Assembly (NCBI GenBank): GCA_963813155.1
Contig: CAWEYG010000018.1
Span: 1 to 12,002, forward strand
Direction: 5' to 3'
From: an uncultured Acidobacteriota bacterium
Lineage (GTDB): Bacteria > Acidobacteriota > Thermoanaerobaculia > UBA5066 > DATFVB01
DNA: 12,002 nt
This document shows positions 1 through 6,777 of the stretch, piece after piece. The notes beneath the pieces are model-generated. The model was not told the origin of the DNA, made no database searches, and saw only the letters and a program-made list of their open reading frames with translations. The translations under genes were made by a program, and so were the position numbers. How positions within the stretch are numbered: the first letter of the stretch is position 1; each line of letters begins with the position of its first letter.

Positions 1-78
1 GTGAGCCGACACACCGGGGACCGGGAGCTCTACGACGACGTCACGCTGCTCGCCGCCTTCCGCAAGCCCGCCTCCTGA
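1..78 (+). CDS. 3' end (partial) of probable PP2C/SpoIIE-family protein phosphatase
   Basis: Frame 1 reads VSRHTGDRELYDDVTLLAAFRKPAS* with TGA at 76-78. DDxTLL close to the C-terminus is the last metal-binding motif of SpoIIE/RsbU-type phosphatases. Only 25 residues are visible. Confidence 0.6.
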   Translation: MSRHTGDRELYDDVTLLAAFRKPAS

Positions 79-101
79 GCCCCGGGGGCAGGCTCCATTT
101 C

Positions 102-117
102 TGGCAGAGGATTTGCA
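102..117 (+). promoter_or_regulatory. sigma-54 (-24/-12) promoter of the LPKTA protein gene
   Basis: TGGCAGAGGATTTGCA has exact GG-N10-GC spacing with TGGCA and TTGCA cores. It is intergenic, 26 nt upstream of ATG144, with SD GAAGGAG at 131-137. Confidence 0.75.
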
Positions 118-143
118 TTTCTCCGCCCTTGAAGGAGAAACCG

Positions 144-782
144 ATGAAATATCTGAAAACCCTCTTCGCATCCATGGCGTTCCTCGGGTTCGCGAACCTG
201 ATGGTGGCTCAGGGATCGACGCCGGTCCAGCGCAACACCAAGATCAACGTCTCGGAACCGACCGAAGTGTCCGGCACGGTATTGCAGCCCGGCACGTACA
301 CCCTGAAGGTCCTCGATTTCAAGGACGGCAAGGTGCAGGTGCAGGTCAGCGACGAGAACGACAAGAACATCCTCACGACCGTCGTGACCCAGAAGGTCCG
401 CCGCAATCTCGACACCAAGCAGCAGACCGACGAGCAGGCGCAGTTCACGTACACGAGCGCGAACGGCCATCCCGCTCTCGACACCTGGTTCTATCCGGGC
501 GACGAGTGGGGCGAGAAGTTCACGACCGGCAAGGCGACCTGGGTCGCGGAGAACGTCGGAACCGTGACGCAGACCCCGATGCAGACCGAAACGAAGACCA
601 CGGAAATCGCCGAAGCCCCCGCTCCGGCTCCCGCGCCGATCGCCGAAAATAACGCGCCCGCCCCCGAACCGGCCCCCGCGCCGACGGAGCTGCCGAAGAC
701 CGCCAGCGATCTTCCTCTCCTCGGACTCGCCGGCCTTCTCGCGGTTGGCGGCGCCGCCGGAGTGCACCTCCTGCGGAAATAG
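144..782 (+). CDS. Secreted protein with C-terminal LPxTA sortase sorting signal
   Basis: SD GAAGGAG precedes ATG144, which is preferred over TTG129. The protein has a signal peptide (MKYLKTLFASMAFLGFANLMVAQ), a beta-rich domain ending WFYPGDEWG, a Thr/Pro/Ala linker, then LPKTAS + hydrophobic helix + LLRK stop. Confidence 0.85.
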   Translation: MKYLKTLFASMAFLGFANLMVAQGSTPVQRNTKINVSEPTEVSGTVLQPGTYTLKVLDFKDGKVQVQVSDENDKNILTTVVTQKVRRNLDTKQQTDEQAQFTYTSANGHPALDTWFYPGDEWGEKFTTGKATWVAENVGTVTQTPMQTETKTTEIAEAPAPAPAPIAENNAPAPEPAPAPTELPKTASDLPLLGLAGLLAVGGAAGVHLLRK

Positions 783-804
783 CCCTTCCTGAGGATTCTT
801 TTCG

Positions 805-837
805 AGCGCCGGATGCGAAGATCCGGCGCTTTTTTTT
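805..837 (+). terminator. Rho-independent terminator
   Basis: Perfect 10-bp stem AGCGCCGGAT-gcgaag-ATCCGGCGCT followed by a T run, 22 nt after the stop at 782. Confidence 0.9.
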
Positions 838-853
838 CTATAATCTCGGCGAA

Positions 854-1621
854 TTGCCGCCGCAAGCGAGCGTTTCCCCCGTCGAGCCGCTGGTCGAGCT
901 GCGCGGAGTTCGCAAGAGTTTCGGCGGCACCCCCGCGCTTTCGGGGGTGGAGCTCCGGGTATTCCCCGGCGAGACCGTCGCGCTGATCGGACCGAGCGGT
1001 TCCGGGAAGTCGACGATCCTGCGCCTCGTCCTCGGGCTCGCCCCTCCGAACGAAGGAACCGTCCTGTTCCGCGGCGAGAGGGTCGCGCCCCGGAACGCGC
1101 TCGCCGTTCGCCGCGGGATCGGATACGTCGTCCAGGACGGGGGTCTCTTTCCCCACCTGACGGCGAGGGACAACGTCCTGCTGCTCGGCCGCCACCTCCG
1201 GAGGAGCGAGTCGGAGCTTCGGCTGCGCCTGGAGGAGCTCGCGGCGCTCACACGGTTTCCTCTCGACGCGCTGTCCCGGTATCCGTCGGAACTCTCGGGC
1301 GGCCAGCGCCAGAGGGTCGGGCTGATGCGGGCCCTGCTTCTCGACCCGGAGCTGCTCCTCCTCGACGAGCCGCTCGCCGCCCTCGATCCCATGGTGAGAT
1401 CGAAGCTGCAGGAAGACCTCCGCGAGATCTTTCGCCGTCTTTCCCGGACGGTGGTGCTCGTCACGCACGACCTCGCGGAGGCCTCCTTCCTCGCCGACCG
1501 GATCGTCCTGCTGAACGAGGGGTCCATCGTCCAGGAAGGCTCGCTCGGAGATCTCCGGGACAGTCCCGCGAACCCCTTCGTGGCGGAGTTCGTCCGATCG
1601 CAGAGGGGCCTGTCGTGCTGA
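854..1621 (+). CDS. ABC transporter ATP-binding subunit, osmoprotectant (OpuA/ProV/OsmV-like) family, no CBS domains
   Basis: Walker A GPSGSGKS, Q-loop IGYVVQDGGLFPH, signature LSGGQRQR, Walker B LLLDEP, H-loop VTHD and C-terminal PANPFVAEF. The start codon is uncertain. Confidence 0.9.
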   Translation: MPPQASVSPVEPLVELRGVRKSFGGTPALSGVELRVFPGETVALIGPSGSGKSTILRLVLGLAPPNEGTVLFRGERVAPRNALAVRRGIGYVVQDGGLFPHLTARDNVLLLGRHLRRSESELRLRLEELAALTRFPLDALSRYPSELSGGQRQRVGLMRALLLDPELLLLDEPLAALDPMVRSKLQEDLREIFRRLSRTVVLVTHDLAEASFLADRIVLLNEGSIVQEGSLGDLRDSPANPFVAEFVRSQRGLSC

Positions 1622-3087
1622 AACGGCTGTTGCTGCTGTCTCTCGCCGCGGCGATCCCGACGCGTGCGGGAGCCCGCCCCGTGGCGGTCGGTTCGAAGAA
1701 GTTCACGGAGTCGTATGCGCTGGCGGAGATCGCGAAAACGGCGCTCGGCCGCGCCGGCGTCGCGGCGGAGCACCGGCCGGGAATGGGCGGCACGATCATC
1801 CTGTGGCAGGCGCTGAAAACGCGCGCGATCGACGTCTACCCGGAATACACGGGCACGATCTCCGAGGAGATCCTGCGGCGCCCGGACCGGCCGTCCCTGG
1901 CCGCGATTCGAGCCGCGCTCGCGCCCCTCGGGGTCTCGATGACGGATCCCCTCGGTTTCGACAACACGTACGCGCTCGTCATGCGGAGGACGCGCGCGGG
2001 GGAGCTCGGAATCCGGACGATCGGCGACCTTCGGCAGCACCCGGAGATCGCGGTCGGCCTGACCCACGAGTTCCTGAAGCGACGGGACGGCTGGGAGCCC
2101 CTCGCGGCCCGCTACGCGCTTTCGATGCGCGACGTCCGCGGCGTGGACCACGCCATCGGTTACGCCGCGCTCGCGGCCGGGGCCCTCGACGTCAAGGACG
2201 CGTACTCGACCGACGCGCGCATCGCGCAGGACGACCTCGTCGTTCTCCAGGACGACCGGGGCTACTTTCCGCAGTACCAGGCCGTTTTTCTCTACCGCGC
2301 GGATCTCCCGCGCCCCGCTGTCGCCGCGCTCGCGTCCCTGTCCGGAACGCTCGACGAGGCCGCGATGACGCGCCTGAATGCGGAGGCCGAACGCACGAAA
2401 AATTACGCGGCGGCCGCGGCCCTGTACTTCGGCGCGCGAACCGGCGCGGCGCGGAGCCCGGCGGCCCAGATCGGCCGGTGGACGGCGCGCCATCTGGAAC
2501 TCGTCTCCATCTCGCTGGCGTTCGCCGTGCTCGCCGGGATCCCGCTCGGGATTCTCGCTTTTCGCAAACCGGCCGCCGGGAGCGTGATCCTCGGGACGGC
2601 GGGAATCGTCCAGACGATCCCCGCGCTGGCCCTTCTCGCGCTGCTCGTGCCCGTCCCGTTTCTGGGGATTCGTCCCGCCACGGCGATCCTTGCGCTTTTC
2701 CTCTACAGCCTGCTGCCGATCATTCGCAACACGGCAACGGGCCTGCAGGACATCCCCCCGGGACTGCGGGAATCGGCCGAAGCGATCGGCCTGTCGCGAA
2801 GCGCGCAATTGCGGAAGGTCCTCCTGCCGATGGCGTCCCGTTCGATTCTCGCGGGAGTGAAGACGAGCGCGGTCATCAATGTCGGGACCGCGACGCTCGC
2901 GGCTTTGATCGGCGCGGGAGGACTGGGGGAGCCGATCCTGAGCGGCCTCAACCTGAACGATCACGCGACGATCCTGCAGGGCGCGATTCCGGCCGCGCTC
3001 CTCGCGCTCGCGGTCGAATTCCTGTTCCAGGGCCTCGACCGGGCGTTCATTCCGCGCGGCTTGCGCCTTCCCGCCCCCGACGTCTAA
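1615..3087 (+). CDS. Fused substrate-binding protein + permease of a glycine betaine/choline-type ABC importer
   Basis: Signal peptide, then OpuAC/OsmF-like SBP motifs (GSKKFTESY, YPEYTGT, GFDNTYAL, DAYSTD, FPQYQA). The C-terminal permease has QTIPALAL and the EAA loop ESAEAIGLS. It overlaps the ATPase stop by 7 nt. Confidence 0.9.
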   Translation: MLKRLLLLSLAAAIPTRAGARPVAVGSKKFTESYALAEIAKTALGRAGVAAEHRPGMGGTIILWQALKTRAIDVYPEYTGTISEEILRRPDRPSLAAIRAALAPLGVSMTDPLGFDNTYALVMRRTRAGELGIRTIGDLRQHPEIAVGLTHEFLKRRDGWEPLAARYALSMRDVRGVDHAIGYAALAAGALDVKDAYSTDARIAQDDLVVLQDDRGYFPQYQAVFLYRADLPRPAVAALASLSGTLDEAAMTRLNAEAERTKNYAAAAALYFGARTGAARSPAAQIGRWTARHLELVSISLAFAVLAGIPLGILAFRKPAAGSVILGTAGIVQTIPALALLALLVPVPFLGIRPATAILALFLYSLLPIIRNTATGLQDIPPGLRESAEAIGLSRSAQLRKVLLPMASRSILAGVKTSAVINVGTATLAALIGAGGLGEPILSGLNLNDHATILQGAIPAALLALAVEFLFQGLDRAFIPRGLRLPAPDV

Positions 3088-3097
3088 GATTCCGAAG

Positions 3098-4120
3098 ATG
3101 AAGTCTTCCATGAAGAAGCGGGCGATTCTCCGGGTTCTCCTGCTGGCGGCGGCTGCCGTGGCCGTCGGCGCGGCGGGTTCGAAGGGCGATGCGAAGCCGG
3201 ACGCGAATCGGGCGTTCGACCTTCAGGAGGAGATCGTTCTCAAGAATTTCCCCGCGACGGCGAAATCCGCGCGAATCTGGATTCCGCTGGCTTCGAGCGA
3301 CGATCACCAGACCGTCGAGCTGAAGAGCGTGACGAGCGCCGTCGCGACGCGGCGCACGACCGACCCGGAGTACGGCAACGAATCGCTCTACGTCGAGGTC
3401 CCGGACCCGTCCCGCGCCGACGTTCAATTCCATCTTGGTTTTCGCGCGAGCCGCCGAGAATATTCCGCGGGGCCGGCCTCGGGAGCGTCGAGCGCCGTCG
3501 CGAGGCCGCAGGACCTCGGCCGGTATCTCCGGGCCGACCGGCTCGTTCCGATCGACGGGAAGTTTCGCCAGCTTTCCGACGAAGTTACGGCCGGGAAGGC
3601 CTCGCCCCTCGAGAAGGCTCGCGCGATCTACGACTACGTCTTCCGGACGATGAAATACGACAAGTCGGGCGAAGGCTGGGGCCGCGGGGATTCCCTGTGG
3701 GCGTGCGATTCCCGGCGCGGGAACTGCACCGATTTCCATTCCGTGTTCATCTCGCTCATGCGGGCCCAGGGAATTCCGGCGCGGTTCGAGATCGGGTTTC
3801 CGCTTGCCGAGGCGCCGGCCGGCGAAATCGCCGGATACCACTGCTGGGCGGAGTTCTACCTGGACCAGACGGGGTGGGTTCCGGTCGACATCTCCGAGGC
3901 CTGGAAAGCGCCGGCGAAGCACGACTATTTTTTCGGCAGCCTGGACGCGAATCGAATCCGTTTCAGCACCGGGCGGGACCTGACGCTCGAACCCCGGCAG
4001 GCGGGGCCCCCGCTGAACTATTTCGTGTATCCCTACGTGGAGGTCGACGGAAAACCGTTCGAGGGCTCGATCGAGCGAAAAATCACCTACGCGCCGGCAG
4101 CCCCGACGTCGTCGAGATAG
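3098..4120 (+). CDS. Secreted transglutaminase-like (Cys-His-Asp triad) protein
   Basis: Basic/hydrophobic signal peptide. Motifs GNCTDFH (Cys), YHCWAEFY (His) and GWVPVD (Asp), plus LMRAQGIPARF. ATG3110 is an alternative start. Confidence 0.9.
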   Translation: MKSSMKKRAILRVLLLAAAAVAVGAAGSKGDAKPDANRAFDLQEEIVLKNFPATAKSARIWIPLASSDDHQTVELKSVTSAVATRRTTDPEYGNESLYVEVPDPSRADVQFHLGFRASRREYSAGPASGASSAVARPQDLGRYLRADRLVPIDGKFRQLSDEVTAGKASPLEKARAIYDYVFRTMKYDKSGEGWGRGDSLWACDSRRGNCTDFHSVFISLMRAQGIPARFEIGFPLAEAPAGEIAGYHCWAEFYLDQTGWVPVDISEAWKAPAKHDYFFGSLDANRIRFSTGRDLTLEPRQAGPPLNYFVYPYVEVDGKPFEGSIERKITYAPAAPTSSR

Positions 4121-4133
4121 AGGACGGCGCAAA

Positions 4134-4928
4134 GTGGATCTCGGACTTCAGGGCCGGGTCGCCATGGTAGCGGCGGCGAGCAAGGGAATCGGGCGCGCAA
4201 TCGCGGAGGCGCTCCTCGCCGAGGGATGCCGCGTTTCGATCTCCGCCCGCGGGAAGGAATCGCTCGAGGTCGCCGGGAACGCGATGCGGTCCCGCTATCC
4301 TTCCGGCGAAGTCCTCGCGTGTCCGACCGACGTTCGGAGGGCCGAAGAGCTGGAGCGCTGGCACGCCGAGACGGCCAAAGCGTTCGGCCCCGTCGACATT
4401 CTCGTGACGAACACGGGAGGTCCGCCGGCGGCGCGCTTTTTGGATCTCTCCGAGGAACAATGGGCCGAGGGCATTCAGCTCACTCTCCTGAACGTGATCC
4501 GGACCTCGAAGCTCGTGATTCCCGGGATGCGGGAAAAGAAACGGGGCCGTATTCTCCACATCACCTCGTTCGTCGCGAAACAGCCGTCGGACATCCTGAC
4601 CGTGAGCAGCACCCTGCGGGCCGGGATTTCTGCCCTCACGAAGACGATGGCGAACCAGCTCGCTTCGGACGGGATCCTCGTCAACGCCCTGCTGCCCGGC
4701 TTCGTGAAGACCGACCGGCAGATCGAGCTCGCCGTCATCCGCTCGCGGGAGGCCGGGATCTCCGTCGCGGAATACGAGAAGCGCAATTCGGCGACGATTC
4801 CGCTCCGCCGCTCGGCCGAGCCCCCGGAGATCGGGGCGGTCGCCGCGTTTCTCTGCAGCGACCGGGCGAGTTACCTCACGGGCGTTTCGCTCGCCGTGGA
4901 CGGCGGTCTGCTCCAGGGCACGTTCTAG
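4134..4928 (+). CDS. Atypical short-chain dehydrogenase/reductase (FabG/BKR-like SDR)
   Basis: Rossmann motif AAASKGIG, VTNTGGP, VNALLPG and C-terminal ASYLTGVSLAVDGG. The catalytic YxxxK is replaced by SSTLR. Confidence 0.9.
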   Translation: MDLGLQGRVAMVAAASKGIGRAIAEALLAEGCRVSISARGKESLEVAGNAMRSRYPSGEVLACPTDVRRAEELERWHAETAKAFGPVDILVTNTGGPPAARFLDLSEEQWAEGIQLTLLNVIRTSKLVIPGMREKKRGRILHITSFVAKQPSDILTVSSTLRAGISALTKTMANQLASDGILVNALLPGFVKTDRQIELAVIRSREAGISVAEYEKRNSATIPLRRSAEPPEIGAVAAFLCSDRASYLTGVSLAVDGGLLQGTF

Positions 4929-5044
4929 AGCGATCGGGCCTGGGCTCGCTCCGCGCAGGCGGATCTCTGAGATCCCGAGGGAAAGCGAACTGCGGCCGAG
5001 GGTCGAGGAGATCTGCCGAGTGGGAGCGAGCCTCGTGATCGTTC
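4928..5044 (+). other. Long imperfect rod-like hairpin (candidate structured RNA or palindromic element)
   Basis: Four nested stems: 4928-4935/5037-5044, 4943-4952/5023-5032 (perfect 10 bp), 4958-4968/5007-5017 and 4971-4975/5000-5004. Deviations within the stems are G-U pairs on the + strand. Confidence 0.6.
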
Positions 5045-5072
5045 AGGTGACGCGTGATATGGTCCGCGCTCC

Positions 5073-6698
5073 GTGATTTCATTCGCCAAGATTTCCAAGC
5101 AGTACGGCCGTCAGATCCTCTTCGTGGACGCGTCGTTCCAGCTGAATCCCGGAGAGAAGGTCGGCCTCGTCGGCCCGAACGGTTCCGGCAAGACGACGCT
5201 TTTCCGGATGATCACGGGCGAGGAACACGCGGACGACGGCGACGTGTCGGTTCCGAAGAAGCTGACTCTCGGCTACTTCCGGCAGGAGATCGACGAAATG
5301 TCGGGCCGTTCGGTGCTCGACGAAGCGATTGCCGGGAGCGGCCGGCTCGGCGATCTCCACCACGAGCTGGAATCGCTCCAACACGCGATGTCGGCGCCCG
5401 ACCGCGCGGACGAACAGGAGAGCATCCTCGCGCGTTTCGGCGAGGTGCAGGAGGAATACCAGCAACGCGGCGGCTATGAGCTCGAAGCCCGAGCCCGGGA
5501 AGTGCTCCACGGGCTCGGCTTCGAGGACGCGGCGATCGACGGCGACGCGGGAGCGCTCTCCGGCGGCTGGAAGATGCGCGTTTCGATGGCGAAGGTGCTG
5601 CTCGGAAAACCCGACGTGCTCCTGATGGACGAGCCGACGAATCACCTGGACATCGAGTCGATTCTGTGGCTCGAGCAGTTCCTTCGGGCCAGTCCGGCGT
5701 CGCTGCTCATGACCTGCCACGACCGCGACTTCATGAACCGGGTGGTGAACCGGATCGTCGAGATCGACGGCGGCGAGCTCATCGCGTACTCCGGCGACTA
5801 CGACTTCTACGAACGCGAAAGGCAGCTTCGCGAAACGCAGCGGGAGGCCGCGCACGCGCGCCAGCAGGCCATGCTCGCGAAAGAGCAGCGGTTCATCGAG
5901 CGGTTTTCCGCGCACGCGGCGAAGGCGGCCCAGGTCCAGAGCCGGGTCAAGAAGCTCGAGAAGATCGAAACGATCGAGCTGCCGCGCCGGCGCCAGTCGG
6001 TCAAGTTCGACTTTCGGCGTCCCGCGCGGTCGGGCGACGAAGTCCTGGCGCTTTCGAAGATCTCGAAAGCGTACGGCGAACGCCGTCTGTATTCCGACTT
6101 CGATTTCCTCGTCCGGCGCGGAGAACGCTGGTGCGTCATGGGCCGGAACGGCGCGGGCAAGACGACGCTTCTGAAGATGGCGGCGGGAGCGCTGCGGCCC
6201 GACGCGGGCGCCGTGAAGCTCGGGGCGAGCCTCACGCTCGGATACTTCGCCCAGCAGTCGCTGGAGCTCCTCGACCCCGAGCTGACGGTCCTCGAACAGA
6301 TCGAAAAGGACTTTCCGATGGAGAGCGTGTCGGCCGCCCGAAGCCTCCTCGGGGCCTTCCAGTTTTCGGGCGACGAGGTGGACAAGCCGGTCCGCGCCCT
6401 CTCGGGAGGCGAGCGGTCGCGGCTCGTGCTCGCGAGGATGCTCTTCCATCCGCCGAATTTCCTCGTGCTCGACGAGCCGACGAACCATCTCGATCTCGCG
6501 ACGAAGGAGATGCTCGTGTCGGCGCTCGCCGATTTCGAGGGCACGATGCTGTTCGTCTCCCACGACCGGGCTTTCCTGCGGGGCCTCGCGAACCGGGTTC
6601 TCGAGATCGGGGGAGACGAGCCGCCGCATCTCTACCCGGGGTCCTACTCGGAGTACGTGGCCCGGACAGGACGGGAAGCCCCAGGCGTTCACGCCTAG
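5073..6698 (+). CDS. ABC-F family ribosome-associated ATPase (YheS/YbiT/Uup-like)
   Basis: Two ABC domains (GPNGSGKT/LSGGW/LLMDEPTNHLD and GRNGAGKT/LSGGE/VLDEPTNHLD) joined by a helical linker (AAQVQSRVKKLEK). No transmembrane segments. Confidence 0.95.
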   Translation: MISFAKISKQYGRQILFVDASFQLNPGEKVGLVGPNGSGKTTLFRMITGEEHADDGDVSVPKKLTLGYFRQEIDEMSGRSVLDEAIAGSGRLGDLHHELESLQHAMSAPDRADEQESILARFGEVQEEYQQRGGYELEARAREVLHGLGFEDAAIDGDAGALSGGWKMRVSMAKVLLGKPDVLLMDEPTNHLDIESILWLEQFLRASPASLLMTCHDRDFMNRVVNRIVEIDGGELIAYSGDYDFYERERQLRETQREAAHARQQAMLAKEQRFIERFSAHAAKAAQVQSRVKKLEKIETIELPRRRQSVKFDFRRPARSGDEVLALSKISKAYGERRLYSDFDFLVRRGERWCVMGRNGAGKTTLLKMAAGALRPDAGAVKLGASLTLGYFAQQSLELLDPELTVLEQIEKDFPMESVSAARSLLGAFQFSGDEVDKPVRALSGGERSRLVLARMLFHPPNFLVLDEPTNHLDLATKEMLVSALADFEGTMLFVSHDRAFLRGLANRVLEIGGDEPPHLYPGSYSEYVARTGREAPGVHA

Positions 6699-6713
6699 CC
6701 GGATCGGACGCGC

Positions 6714-6746
6714 AAGAAAAAGCCCGGGACCTTTCGGCCCCGGGCT
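6714..6746 (-). terminator. Rho-independent terminator of the IPTL-CTERM gene, between convergent genes
   Basis: The minus strand reads AGCCCGGGGCC-GAAA-GGTCCCGGGCT-TTTTCTT: an 11-bp stem with one G-U pair, a GNRA loop and a U tract. Confidence 0.85.
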
Positions 6747-6777
6747 GGAGATCACGGGAGATCCGCGGAGCGCCGGG

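Noticed and set aside
79-89. GCCCCGGGGGC near-palindrome after the phosphatase stop
   Set aside because: Too short, with no proper loop and no adjacent U tract; likely chance in GC-rich DNA.
610-690. Repetitive GCCCCC/CCG-rich tract
   Set aside because: It encodes the Pro/Ala linker and is not an independent DNA repeat or CRISPR array.
838-3111. 757-aa minus-strand ORF
   Set aside because: Antisense shadow of the ABC importer genes. It is Arg-rich with no motifs, as expected in high-GC DNA.
4928-5044. Hairpin as SRP RNA, 6S RNA, tRNA or intrinsic terminator
   Set aside because: It lacks the SRP domain IV motif, is too short and has no large central bubble for 6S, forms no cloverleaf and has no U tract. 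Kept only as an unassigned structure.
5073-6698. ABC-F as an antibiotic-resistance (ARE) protein
   Set aside because: No resistance or mobile context and no feature I can use to separate it from housekeeping ABC-Fs. Subfamily HMMs would be needed.
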